Assembly: GCA_033549025.1 (NCBI GenBank)
Contig: JAWSUS010000012.1
Span: 1-64,000, forward strand
Direction of reading: 5' to 3'
DNA length: 64,000 nt
Origin: Desulfuromonadales bacterium
GTDB taxonomy: Bacteria > Desulfobacterota > Desulfuromonadia > Desulfuromonadales > SZUA-540
Every line of letters starts with the position of its first letter. Position 1 is the stretch's first letter. The position numbers and the translations under genes were made by a program. Below, piece by piece: positions 17,768 through 27,267 of the stretch. The notes under the pieces are model-generated. The model made no database searches and had not been told where the DNA came from. It worked only from the letters and a program-made list of their open reading frames with translations.

Positions 17768-19387
17768 TCAGGCGGTGCCGAGGGCGGCTTTAAGATCCTC
17801 TTCAGCCGTGCCGATGGGGCCGATGTTGAAGTTCTGCACCAGGAAGTTGAGGACGTTGGGGGTAACAAAGGCCGGCAGCGACGGGCCGATCTTGATGTCC
17901 TTGATGCCCAGATGGAGCAGGGTCAGCAGTACCGCCACCGCCTTCTGCTCGTACCAGGAGAGGATGAAGGACAGGGGCAGGTCGTTGACGCCGCACTTGA
18001 AGGCATCGGCCAGGGCCACGGCGATCTGCACGGCGCTGTAGGAGTCGTTGCACTGGCCGACATCGAGCAGGCGCGGGATGCCGCCGATGTCGCCAAACTG
18101 CAGTTTGTTGAAGCGGTACTTGCCGCAAGCCAGGGTGAGGATGACGGTGTCCTCAGGGGCCTTTTCGGCAAACTCGGTGTAGTAGTTGCGCCCGGTTTTG
18201 GCGCCGTCGCAGCCGCCGACCAGGAAGAAGTGCTTGATCTGACCGCCCTTGACGGCGTCGATGACTTTGTCGGCGACGCCGAGGACGGCGTTGTGGCCGA
18301 AGCCGACCAGAATCTCCTGACCGGGGTTGTCGCCGAATCCTTCATGTTCCTGGGCTTTCTGGATGACTTCCGAGAAATCCCAGCCGTCGATGTGCTTGAC
18401 GTCGGGCCACTGTACCAGACCCCAGGTGAAGAGGCGGTCCTTGTAGCTGTTGGCCGGGCGCTGGATGCAGTTGGTGTTGAAGATGATGGCGCCGGGGAAG
18501 TCGGGAAATTCCTGGGCCTGATCCTGCCAGGCACCGCCGAAGTTGCCGGCCAGGTGAGAATATTTTTTGAGCCCCGGATAGCCGTGAGCCGGCAGCATTT
18601 CGCCGTGGGTGTAGATGTTGATCCCCTTGCCTTCCGTCTGCTTGAGCAGCTCTTCGAGCATCTTGAGGTCGTGGCCTGACACCAGAATCGCCTTGCCCTT
18701 CTTGGTGCCGAGCTGCACAGAGGTTGGCACCGGATGGCCGTAGGCATCGGTGTGAGCCTTGTTGAGCAGCTCCATGGTGACCAGGTTGATGCGGCCGCAC
18801 TCCAGGGCCAGGGTGACGAAGTCCATCAGACCGAGACTCTTGTCGAGGGTGGCGGCCAGAGCCTTGTGGGTAAAGGCGTAGATTTCATCACTCTCACGGC
18901 CGAGGATCAGGGCATGATCGGCGTAGGCGGCATAGCCCTTCATGCCGTAGATGAGGATTTCCTGTACGGACTTGACGTCGGGGTCGACGCCGTTGCTCAT
19001 GACCCCATGGGCTTCCCCCTGCTCCACCAGGCCGGCGGTGTCGGCGGCGGGCTGCCATTGGGCCGCTTCGGGTACGTTTCCGGCCACGGGACCGGCGAGA
19101 GCCTTGGCCTTGTCGCGCATCTGCGCACATTTTTTCAGGATCTTGACGATGGCTTCGGCGTCGAAGTCGACGTTGGTGACGGTGGTGAAGAGCCCCTCCA
19201 GCATGAAACGGTCGACCTCGGCGTCTTTCTTGCCGGCTTTGCGCGCTTCGTTGGCGTAGAAAGCGACGCCTTTCAGACCGTAGACGAGCAGGTCCTGCAG
19301 GGCGGCGACGTCGGGTTGTTTGCCGCACACGCCGATTTTGGTGCAGCCGGTACCGTTGGCAGTCTGTTCACACTGATAGCAAAACAT
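17768..19387 (-). CDS. hcp: Hybrid cluster protein (hydroxylamine/NO reductase)
   Basis: MFCYQCEQT..C..GVCGK, SGHDL, THGEM, GGCDG, GQCNDS, SWYEQKA. Confidence 0.97.
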   Translation of the reverse strand: MFCYQCEQTANGTGCTKIGVCGKQPDVAALQDLLVYGLKGVAFYANEARKAGKKDAEVDRFMLEGLFTTVTNVDFDAEAIVKILKKCAQMRDKAKALAGPVAGNVPEAAQWQPAADTAGLVEQGEAHGVMSNGVDPDVKSVQEILIYGMKGYAAYADHALILGRESDEIYAFTHKALAATLDKSLGLMDFVTLALECGRINLVTMELLNKAHTDAYGHPVPTSVQLGTKKGKAILVSGHDLKMLEELLKQTEGKGINIYTHGEMLPAHGYPGLKKYSHLAGNFGGAWQDQAQEFPDFPGAIIFNTNCIQRPANSYKDRLFTWGLVQWPDVKHIDGWDFSEVIQKAQEHEGFGDNPGQEILVGFGHNAVLGVADKVIDAVKGGQIKHFFLVGGCDGAKTGRNYYTEFAEKAPEDTVILTLACGKYRFNKLQFGDIGGIPRLLDVGQCNDSYSAVQIAVALADAFKCGVNDLPLSFILSWYEQKAVAVLLTLLHLGIKDIKIGPSLPAFVTPNVLNFLVQNFNIGPIGTAEEDLKAALGTA

Positions 19388-19580
19388 CGAGTCCTCCTTC
19401 TTTGCGAGTTTAAGATTGGGCCTATGCAGACCGGTGGAATCAGGAATCAAACGGACAGTTTTAATCTATAGCAGACTTTGGCCCGATTGCATCCGCCTGT
19501 GCTCTCTTCTTTTTTCATCCGCAGGATTACGGCTGGGTTTTCTCTGACCTGACTGGGCTGTCAGCCCGGAGACAGTTTTT

Positions 19581-19594
19581 TTGACCGAGGTCAA
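19581..19594. promoter_or_regulatory. Crp/Fnr-family (HcpR-type) binding site
   Basis: Perfect TTGAC-CGAG-GTCAA between divergent hcp and the stress operon; second near-match TTGAC-CTGC-GTCAT at 19626-19639. Confidence 0.75.
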
Positions 19595-19697
19595 ATTAGC
19601 CGAATTTACGCATTTTTTTCAATTTTTGACCTGCGTCATGTTTTCCCCGGTGGATTGCCGGTATTCTGCAATCACCCTGACGAAAGGAGAAAACAGT

Positions 19698-19913
19698 ATG
19701 CAACTCAAAAACGATCTCGGTACGGCTCAAATAGGAACGGTTCTCAAGGATCATCCCCGCATCGGGGAGATTCTGGCCAAATACGACATCGGCTGCGTGA
19801 CCTGCGGCGTAGGCATCTGCCTGCTCAAAGACGTGGTCAGCATCCATGCCCTCGGCGACGAGGTGGAACAGAAGATCGAAGACGAAATCAACAGCTATCT
19901 GGGCGAACAGTAA
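19698..19913 (+). CDS. Small DUF1858-like protein
   Basis: HP..GEILAKYDIGCVTC; AAGGAG RBS. Confidence 0.7.
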   Translation: MQLKNDLGTAQIGTVLKDHPRIGEILAKYDIGCVTCGVGICLLKDVVSIHALGDEVEQKIEDEINSYLGEQ

Positions 19914-19951
19914 CCATAACGAATCATAACGACTTAAAAGGAGACACACCC

Positions 19952-20410
19952 ATGAAAAATCTCGCTTGCGGCTGCCCCGGTTCCCATGTACGCACCATCG
20001 AAAAGAAATCCTGCAACTCCCAGGAGGCCAGCGGCCGAATCGCTTCGGAACTGCGCCAGTGGCCGACCCAGTTGACCCTGGTGCCGCCGACGGCGCCCTG
20101 GCTGCAGAACGCCAACCTGCTCATCGCCGCTGACTGCACTCCCTTTGCCTATGCGGAATTCCATCGGGACTTCATCAAGGACAAGGTCCTGGTCAACGCC
20201 TGCCCCAAGCTCGATGACTGCGGCCCATACGTGGAGAAGCTGACCCAGATCTTCACCCACAACGATATCCAGTCCGTCACCATCACCATCATGGAAGTCC
20301 CCTGCTGCCGTGGTATGGTTATGGTCGTGAAGCAGGCGTTGGAAGCTTCCGGCAAGGACATCCCGGTCGAAGTGGTGGTTATCGGCGTGGACGGTGAAAG
20401 GAGAAACTGA
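19952..20410 (+). CDS. Hcp-associated Cys-rich Fe-S protein
   Basis: CGCPGS, LRQWPTQL, LIAADC, ACPKLDD, MEVPCC. Confidence 0.8.
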   Translation: MKNLACGCPGSHVRTIEKKSCNSQEASGRIASELRQWPTQLTLVPPTAPWLQNANLLIAADCTPFAYAEFHRDFIKDKVLVNACPKLDDCGPYVEKLTQIFTHNDIQSVTITIMEVPCCRGMVMVVKQALEASGKDIPVEVVVIGVDGERRN

Positions 20411-20412
20411 TC

Positions 20413-20967
20413 ATGACCAACGTAACTCAGGTGATGGTGGAGGAGCACAAGCTCATCCTGCGCATGATCGCGCTGGTGGAGAAGAATACCGAACTGCTGG
20501 AGCAGGGCAAGTTCCGTGACTGGCAGTTCTATCTCGACGCGGTGAGCTTTATCCGCAACTACGCCGACCGCTTCCATCACGCCAAGGAAGAAGATGTCCT
20601 CTTCAAGGCGCTGGTGGCCAACGGCATGCCCCGCGAGAATTCCCCGGTGGCGGCCATGATGATGGCTCACGACCAGGGGCGCGATTTCGTCCGCGGCATG
20701 GAAGAGGCGGCCCAACTGGCGAAAGAGGGCGAACCGGGCCAGGTCAGTCGTATTGCCGAAAACGCCCGGGGCTACGCCCGCCTGCTGCGCGACCATATCG
20801 ACAAGGAGGATAATATCCTCTATCCCCTGGCCGAAAAGGTGCTCCCCGAGGACGTCCGCCCGGCCATGCAGGAAGGCTACCGGCAAGCCGAGGCTTCGGC
20901 GGCGGACGGGCTGGAAGAACACTATCGCCGCCTGGTGGAAAACTACGAGGCGCGCCTGGGCGCCTGA
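20413..20967 (+). CDS. Hemerythrin/HHE-domain protein
   Basis: EEH, HHAKEE, HDQGR, HIDKED..LYP. Confidence 0.88.
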   Translation: MTNVTQVMVEEHKLILRMIALVEKNTELLEQGKFRDWQFYLDAVSFIRNYADRFHHAKEEDVLFKALVANGMPRENSPVAAMMMAHDQGRDFVRGMEEAAQLAKEGEPGQVSRIAENARGYARLLRDHIDKEDNILYPLAEKVLPEDVRPAMQEGYRQAEASAADGLEEHYRRLVENYEARLGA

Positions 20968-20984
20968 ACAGAAAGGATGTACGG

Positions 20985-21662
20985 ATGCGTATGAAGTTCC
21001 TGGCTGTTTTGTTTGTCGGGGTGGCCCTGCTGACGGCCGCTACAGCCTCGGCCCGTGAAAGCACCATCAACTGTCATTGCTTCAAGGATCGCAGTTACGA
21101 CCCCGAGCAGCCGCACAAGGTGACGGATTATCTGCTGGCCACCACCCACAACTCGTTCTTCGCCCAGGCCTTTGCCCTCAACAAGGCCGATGTGGTTCGG
21201 GCCCGCATGGGGGGCATTGCCGGGGAAGACCTCTGGCTGGTCCATTATCTGTCGGAAAAAAGCGGTATTCACACACGTGAGCTTATGGACACCCGGGCCG
21301 ACAAGGGTTTCTGGTCGGTGGTTATCCGTGAGCTGTCCCTGCCGGAGAATGCGCTGGGAGCGCAGGTGCAGGCTATCGCCCAACAGGGCGGTGATGACGC
21401 GGCGCTGGCGGCAGCCGTCGCCGACGAGACCGCCGGTCGTCTGCTGGCCGTGGAGGCCGCCGAACTGAAATCGCTGCGCGACAATGGGGCCGGCACCCAG
21501 CAGATCCTGCTGGCCATCTTTCTGTCCCGACAGACGGGCCGCCCTGCCGGCGACATTTACGCTGAGGTACAGGCCCAGAAAATCACCTGGGGCGAGGTGC
21601 TGGCATCGACCGGACTGTCTCCCGCTCAGATCGAACCGGAAATCGTCAAGCTGATGCAGTGA
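20985..21662 (+). CDS. Exported hypothetical protein
   Basis: Signal peptide (..ASA), CHC motif, operonic spacing. Confidence 0.7.
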   Translation: MRMKFLAVLFVGVALLTAATASARESTINCHCFKDRSYDPEQPHKVTDYLLATTHNSFFAQAFALNKADVVRARMGGIAGEDLWLVHYLSEKSGIHTRELMDTRADKGFWSVVIRELSLPENALGAQVQAIAQQGGDDAALAAAVADETAGRLLAVEAAELKSLRDNGAGTQQILLAIFLSRQTGRPAGDIYAEVQAQKITWGEVLASTGLSPAQIEPEIVKLMQ

Positions 21663-21674
21663 GAATGGCGGGAG

Positions 21675-22625
21675 TCAGGCAGAAAGATTGAGGGCCAGAA
21701 CCCAGGCCAGCACGACCGTCAGCAAGGCCAGGAGGGCGAGGAGAGCGTTGACCCGCGGCGAGGGATGGCCGGCACGGCGGAGCCGACGGCCGGCCAGCAG
21801 CCCGGGGACGATGCCGGCCACAAACCCGAAGAGATGCGCGCCGAGGTCGGTGTTCTCGTCGCCGACGCCGAGCAGAGCGAGCAGGGCCAGGGCGGCGGCC
21901 AGGGGCCAGAGCCATCCGCGGGCGAGGGGGTGACGCTTCTGTACCATGCGGATACCCGCCAGCAGGCCGACGGCGCCGAAGAGGGCCGTCGAAGCCCCGA
22001 CAGAGCGATGGTCGCTGTGATAGATCCAGGCGTTGAGCAGATTGCCGGCGGTGCCGCTCAGGAGCACCAGGCTCCAGCCGAGACCGGAACCAAGCTGGCG
22101 GCAGACGAGGACGAGGAAAAAGCCGCCGATGCCGATATTTCCCAGCAGGTGCAGGGCATCGGCATGGAGGGTGAGGGCGGTAAGGGTCCGCCACCACTGG
22201 CCGTCCAGAATCTTGCCGGCATCGGCGTTGCCGAGCGCGATCCAGTCGACGGGCGCGTGGCCAAACGCCTGGATATCCATCAGGGTCACATTGTAGAAGA
22301 TGGCTAGAACACCCAGGACGGAAAGAGTGACCAGGTTGTTGTCGGCCAGGGCAGGAGGGTCGGCAGGCGGCGGCCAGTTGAGGTTTTCCTGCTCAAAGAG
22401 GGCGATTTCTTTTTCCGCCAAGGCCAGATAACTGGGAGGTGCCAGCAGGTGCCACCCTTTTTCCGTTTTCAGCCGACGGTGGGGGATGCGGCGGGCCGAG
22501 AGGACCAGGGCCCATTGGCGCATCCGTCCCCAGGTCAGGGCGGGCTCCTCCGGAAGGATAGGAAGCCACTCGGGCTGCTCGGGCCCCTTTGCCGCTGTCT
22601 GTTCGTAAGCGCTGTCGTTCTGCAC
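21675..22625 (-). CDS. Rhomboid-family intramembrane serine protease
   Basis: WWR, H..HLLGN, GAS, AHLFG; GTG start at 22625 after AGGAGG. Confidence 0.88.
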   Translation of the reverse strand: MQNDSAYEQTAAKGPEQPEWLPILPEEPALTWGRMRQWALVLSARRIPHRRLKTEKGWHLLAPPSYLALAEKEIALFEQENLNWPPPADPPALADNNLVTLSVLGVLAIFYNVTLMDIQAFGHAPVDWIALGNADAGKILDGQWWRTLTALTLHADALHLLGNIGIGGFFLVLVCRQLGSGLGWSLVLLSGTAGNLLNAWIYHSDHRSVGASTALFGAVGLLAGIRMVQKRHPLARGWLWPLAAALALLALLGVGDENTDLGAHLFGFVAGIVPGLLAGRRLRRAGHPSPRVNALLALLALLTVVLAWVLALNLSA

Positions 22626-22776
22626 CGCACCTCCTGTTCCCTGCCCGATCATGACAGAATGACGGGGATATGGCAATCCTGCCGCCCCAATCCCGTCGGT
22701 TGACAAGCCTGCTGCCGGGGCTACAGTAAACAGAAGTGTAGCGTCCCCTTGGTCGGCCTGAAGGCGGGAGGAAACT

Positions 22777-23982
22777 GTGCGCCTGGTTGTCGAAGAATTG
22801 CCTGTTGCCCCCATGGAGCGGCGCCCGATGGAAATCGTCGAGCGCAAGGGGTTGGGGCATCCCGACTCCATCTGCGACGCCGTCATGGACGCCGTCTCCG
22901 TGGCTCTGTGCCAGGCCTATCGGGAGCGCTTCGGCGTCATCCTCCACCATAATGTGGACAAGGGCCTGCTGGTGGCCGGGCGTACCCGCAAGTGGTTCGG
23001 CGGCGGGCGCGTGCAACGGCCCATGGATCTCTATATCGGTGACCGCGCCACCCTGGCGTACGGCGGCAACAGGATTCCCGTCAAAGAGATCGCCACGGAG
23101 GCGGCCCGCCAGTGGTTTCGTGAACATCTCCCCGCCGTCGAGGTCGACCGCCATCTGCGCTGCCGGGTGGTTCTGTCCCCCGGCTCCGATGAGTTGACAG
23201 GCATCTTCAGCCGTCCGGGGGAGGTGCTGGCGGCCAACGACACCTCGGCGGCCGTGGGCTTTTATCCCCTGAGCCGCACCGAGCGGCTGGTCCTTGAGCT
23301 GGAACATCATCTCAATGGGCGGGGCTTCAAGGCACAATTTTCCGACACCGGCGAAGATGTCAAGATCATGGCGGTTCGCCGTGGCGAGGAGCTGGATCTG
23401 ACGGTGGCCATGCCGTTGCTGGCCCCTTATGTTGCCTCCGAAAAAGACTACTTCCGGCGCAAGGAAGAGATCGGCGCCGAACTCGACCGTTTTGTCGCGA
23501 CGCTGACGCATGAAATGGCTGTTCACCTCTATTTCAATGCTCTCGATCAGGCGGGGCAGGGGCAGCAGGGCACCTATCTGAGTCTGCTGGGAACCTCGGC
23601 GGAGGACGCCGATTCGGGACAGGTGGGGCGGGGAAACCGCGTCAACGGCCTCATCTCGGTCGGACGCCCTCTGGGCACTGAAGCCGTGGCTGGCAAGAAT
23701 CCGGTCAGCCATGTCGGCAAGATCTACAACGTGCTGGCCCATCGGGTGGCCCGCCGCCTGGTGGAAGAAGTGGACGGCATCCGGGAAGCGGCCGTATACC
23801 TGGTCAGCCGCATCGGCGCGCCGATCAATGACCCGAAAATGGCCGCACTGCAGCTCATTCTGGCGTCCGGGTGCGGGGTGGCTGAAGTGTCGAAACCGGC
23901 GGCGGCCATTCTGCAGACCGAACTGGACGACATCGCCAGCCTTTGTGACAAACTGGCGCGTGGACACTACCCGGTCTGCTGA
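22777..23982 (+). CDS. Archaeal-type methionine adenosyltransferase (SAM synthetase)
   Basis: ERKGLGHPDSICD, HHNVDK, ANDTS, GEDVKIM, DSGQVGRGNRVNG, AGKNPVSHVGKIYN. Confidence 0.9.
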   Translation: MRLVVEELPVAPMERRPMEIVERKGLGHPDSICDAVMDAVSVALCQAYRERFGVILHHNVDKGLLVAGRTRKWFGGGRVQRPMDLYIGDRATLAYGGNRIPVKEIATEAARQWFREHLPAVEVDRHLRCRVVLSPGSDELTGIFSRPGEVLAANDTSAAVGFYPLSRTERLVLELEHHLNGRGFKAQFSDTGEDVKIMAVRRGEELDLTVAMPLLAPYVASEKDYFRRKEEIGAELDRFVATLTHEMAVHLYFNALDQAGQGQQGTYLSLLGTSAEDADSGQVGRGNRVNGLISVGRPLGTEAVAGKNPVSHVGKIYNVLAHRVARRLVEEVDGIREAAVYLVSRIGAPINDPKMAALQLILASGCGVAEVSKPAAAILQTELDDIASLCDKLARGHYPVC

Positions 23983-24046
23983 AACACGCAGGGTAAAAAC
24001 GGTATCGGCGGCGGCGCGCACGCCTGTCGGCAGGAAGGATTTTCCC

Positions 24047-24220
24047 GTGGGACATCATCGGATAACAGAAGAGTGCATCGGTTGCGGCGCCTGTGCGGAG
24101 GTGTGCCCCATGCAGGCAATTCATCCCATCGATGGAAAATACCAGGTTGACATGCACCAGTGCATCGACTGCGGCACCTGCGAAGGCGTCTGTCCCGTCG
24201 ATGCCATCAGGCGTCGCTGA
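24047..24220 (+). CDS. 2x[4Fe-4S] ferredoxin
   Basis: CIGCGACAEVCP and CIDCGTCEGVCP; GTG start. Confidence 0.9.
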   Translation: MGHHRITEECIGCGACAEVCPMQAIHPIDGKYQVDMHQCIDCGTCEGVCPVDAIRRR

Positions 24221-24247
24221 GTAAAAGTGGCAGGGGATAAAAACAGA

Positions 24248-24272
24248 AAAGGCCGGCAATGAGCCGGCCTTT
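24248..24272. terminator. Probable bidirectional terminator
   Basis: AAAGGCCGGC-aatga-GCCGGCCTTT between convergent genes. Confidence 0.65.
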
Positions 24273-24296
24273 GGCGTTTGAGGGGGAGAGCTCAGG

Positions 24297-24761
24297 TCAG
24301 AAAGCCATGCTCAGACCGAAAGAAATGTTGTAGCTCTCGTCCAGGGTGTCGATCCCGTCGTTGACGCCGTCCATAAAGCCAGGGACGTTTTTGGGATTCC
24401 ACTGATAATTGAGGGTCAGGCGGGTATCCTGGCCGATGCAGCAGTCGATGGCCGCTCCCAGGAAATAATTCTGTTTTTCTTCCAGATACAGGGAGCTGCC
24501 GTCGGGGATGAAGGTCCCATCCTCCGTGATGGAGTCCTCGAGCTGAAAACTGGCGCCCAAGAAGGACGTGACGTTGGAATCGGCCGTGTAGCTCAGCCCC
24601 GTCAGATCCCCTTTGGTCTCCAGGTAGAGTCCGGGAAAAGTTTTAGCCAGAGGGATGTCATAGTCTTCGGCAGACGCGGCGGAAACGGAAACCAGCGACA
24701 GCAGGAGCGCCAGTACACCGAAGAAAAAAACGCCGGTCATGCGGGAAATAATGGGTACCAT
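24297..24761 (-). CDS. Exported, probably small outer-membrane protein
   Basis: Signal peptide, beta-strand pattern, C-terminal Phe (YNISFGLSMAF). Confidence 0.65.
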   Translation of the reverse strand: MVPIISRMTGVFFFGVLALLLSLVSVSAASAEDYDIPLAKTFPGLYLETKGDLTGLSYTADSNVTSFLGASFQLEDSITEDGTFIPDGSSLYLEEKQNYFLGAAIDCCIGQDTRLTLNYQWNPKNVPGFMDGVNDGIDTLDESYNISFGLSMAF

Positions 24762-24829
24762 GTTTCGCCTCTTGGGTCTGGGTTTGCAGAACTGGACCGG
24801 TGCGGTCACCGTCGGCGGAACGATTCAAG

Positions 24830-24846
24830 AGCAAGTGCTGTGCCAG
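24830..24846 (-). promoter_or_regulatory. Sigma54 (-24/-12) promoter
   Basis: Minus strand CTGGCACAGCACTTGCT matches TGGCAC-N5-TTGC. Confidence 0.75.
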
Positions 24847-25067
24847 ACATGCCCGTTTTTTCGCAACTTTTTGATGTGGGCTTGAGGTTTCAGGAAGTTA
24901 GGTGGAGAGTCGACCGTCCTTCCCTGACCCTGAGTCGGTCGTTAACTGTGGTCTGGGCGACACACCTTTGGCCTGGCCTGAGGCTAAAGAGCCCTTTAGC
25001 GTCAATGCCCTGCGGCTTTTGACGGAGCCAGTGGCCAGCGTCCCCTTGCCCCAGCAAACAAAAAAAA

Positions 25068-25133
25068 CGAAAACGGTTTTCATTTTCCTGTTGACAAGGG
25101 GCTGGTTTCTCATTAACCTGAAAACCGTTTTCA
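25068..25133 (+). promoter_or_regulatory. feo promoter flanked by two Fur-type boxes
   Basis: TTGACA(25091)-17-TAACCT; CGAAAACGGTTTTCA (25068-25082) and perfect TGAAAAC-C-GTTTTCA (25119-25133). Confidence 0.75.
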
Positions 25134-25157
25134 ATTTCACACAAAAGGAGCTCCAAT

Positions 25158-25373
25158 ATGTGTCTCAGTGAATTAAAGCGTGGGCAGGCGGCGACGGTGG
25201 CAAATATCCCTGATGAGCAGTTGCGGGTGCAGCTGCTGCGGTTCGGTATTACGGCGGGGTGTCGGGTGGTCTGCGATACCCGCTTGTGGGCGGGACCGGT
25301 GGTGCTGCGCTACGGTGGTCAGGAAATCGCCCTGGGGCGTGAGGTGGCCAAACAGATCAGGGTGGCTCGTTAA
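25158..25373 (+). CDS. feoA: Ferrous iron transport protein A
   Basis: LLRFGI..G..GPV..EIALGRE.A; AAGGAG RBS; upstream of feoB. Confidence 0.9.
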   Translation: MCLSELKRGQAATVANIPDEQLRVQLLRFGITAGCRVVCDTRLWAGPVVLRYGGQEIALGREVAKQIRVAR

Positions 25374-25404
25374 GGGCGCACCGGAATTCAGCAGAGAAAG
25401 AGAG

Positions 25405-27258
25405 ATGCAGGTGATGGCACAGAGTTGTTGCAAGGTGGCCGGCGAGGAGCTGGAAGGTAAGCGGCGGATTGTTCTGGCCGGCAATCCGAATGTCGGTAAA
25501 TCGATTTTTTTCGGCAGCTGGAGCGGTATGTATGTCGATGTCTCCAACTTCCCCGGCACCACGGTGGAAATCACCAGCGGCCGCGTGGGGGACGACGTGC
25601 TCATGGATACTCCCGGCGTCTACGGCGTCTCCTCCTTCAACGACGAGGAGCGAGTGGCCCGTGACGTCATTCTGGGGGCCGATGTGGTGGTCAACGTCGT
25701 CGATGCCACCCATCTGGAGCGGGATCTCTTTCTGACCCAGCAGATTATCGATATGGGGCTGCCGATGATCGTCGCCCTCAATTTCTGCGACGACGCTGCC
25801 GCCCTCGGCATCGACATCGATGTCCCTGCTCTGGAGGAAGAGTTGGGGGTGCCGGTCATCCGCACCGCCGCCGTCAAGGGGCAGGGGCTCAAGGAAGCCT
25901 ATGCCGCCCTCGCCATGGCGCGACCCGGCCGCTGTCTGCCGGAAGTAGAGGCCGCGACCTTGCAGCTGCTCGACCGCATCGATTCGCGTCCCGAGGCGCT
26001 GCTGGTGCTGGAAGGGGACGATATCGTGGCCGCCCGGCACGGGGTGGCCCCCTTGGCGGATCGTGAGCGCATCTATCTGCTGCGCCGCCAGCGCACCAAC
26101 GAGGTGGTGGAGCGGGCGGTAACCCGGCCGGAAAAGGCGGGGCGCCTGCGCAGCCGGATCGGACGCCTCTGTCTCGATCCCCTGACGGGCATCCCCATTC
26201 TGCTGGCCGTGCTCTATGGCTGCTATGTGCTGGTGGGGGTCTGGGTGGCCGGCGATGTCGTCGGGATCACCGAAGAAACCCTCATGCAGGGCCTCTATGA
26301 ACCCTGGGTGCGCGGTCTCGTCGGCAACTGGGTGGCGGAGAGCTCCGTGCTGGGCCAGCTGCTCATCGGCGAGTTCGGCGTACTGACCATGACGGTGACC
26401 TATCTCCTCGGTCTGCTGCTCCCCCTGGTGATCGGCTTTTATATCGCGCTCTCCATCCTGGAGGATTCGGGCTACCTGCCCCGTCTGGCGACGGTAGTCG
26501 ACCGGGCCATGACCGCCATCGGTCTCAACGGCCGCGCGGTGATTCCCGTCATCCTCGGCTTTGGCTGCGTGCAGCTCGGCACCATCACCACCCGCATCCT
26601 CGGCTCCCAGCGCGAGCGCACCATCGCCACGGCCATCCTCAACTTTGTCATCCCTTGCAGCGCCCAGATCGGCGTCATCGTCGGCATGCTAGCGGCGGTG
26701 GGCCTGAAGCTGACCCTGGTCTATACGCTGACCATCTTCCTCTGCCTGGCCGTGCTCGGCACCGTGCTCAACCGGGCCATCCCGGGCAAGAGCTCGCCGC
26801 TGCTCATCGACCTGCCGCCCATGCGCCTGCCGCGTCCCGGCAACGTCCTGCGCAAGACTCTGATGCGCAGCTACTTCTTCATGAAGGAGGCCTACGTCTG
26901 GTTCATCGCCGGTTCCCTCGGCGTCTCCCTGCTGCAGATTTCCGGCGGCCTGCGGGCCTGGCAGGAACTGCTCGCCCCTCTCACCGAGGGTTGGCTGTCC
27001 CTGCCGAAAGAGGCCGCTACCGCTTTCGTCATGGGCATGGTGCGCCGCGATTTCGGCGCCGCCGGCCTGACCGAGCTGGCCCTGTCCCCCTGGCAGGTGG
27101 TCGTTTCCCTGGTAGTTATCACCCTCTTTGTTCCCTGCATCGCCAGCCTCATGATCCTGTTCAAGGAGCGCGGCGTGCGCGAAGCCCTGTCCATTTGGGC
27201 CGGCGCCTGGGTGTTTGCCTTTCTGGTCGGCGGCACCCTGGCCCAGATCGTCCTTTAG
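25405..27258 (+). CDS. feoB: Ferrous iron transport protein B
   Basis: GNPNVGKS, NFPGTT, DTPG, LEDSGYLPR, LGFGC, IPCSAQ; start at 25405 or 25414. Confidence 0.95.
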   Translation: MQVMAQSCCKVAGEELEGKRRIVLAGNPNVGKSIFFGSWSGMYVDVSNFPGTTVEITSGRVGDDVLMDTPGVYGVSSFNDEERVARDVILGADVVVNVVDATHLERDLFLTQQIIDMGLPMIVALNFCDDAAALGIDIDVPALEEELGVPVIRTAAVKGQGLKEAYAALAMARPGRCLPEVEAATLQLLDRIDSRPEALLVLEGDDIVAARHGVAPLADRERIYLLRRQRTNEVVERAVTRPEKAGRLRSRIGRLCLDPLTGIPILLAVLYGCYVLVGVWVAGDVVGITEETLMQGLYEPWVRGLVGNWVAESSVLGQLLIGEFGVLTMTVTYLLGLLLPLVIGFYIALSILEDSGYLPRLATVVDRAMTAIGLNGRAVIPVILGFGCVQLGTITTRILGSQRERTIATAILNFVIPCSAQIGVIVGMLAAVGLKLTLVYTLTIFLCLAVLGTVLNRAIPGKSSPLLIDLPPMRLPRPGNVLRKTLMRSYFFMKEAYVWFIAGSLGVSLLQISGGLRAWQELLAPLTEGWLSLPKEAATAFVMGMVRRDFGAAGLTELALSPWQVVVSLVVITLFVPCIASLMILFKERGVREALSIWAGAWVFAFLVGGTLAQIVL

Positions 27259-27267
27259 GAGGTCATT

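Noticed and set aside
24900..25050. c-di-GMP-I (GEMM) riboswitch or 6S RNA
   Set aside because: GGGGACGC occurs on the minus strand, but the GNRA/receptor and GCAAAGC core are missing; no recognisable 6S structure
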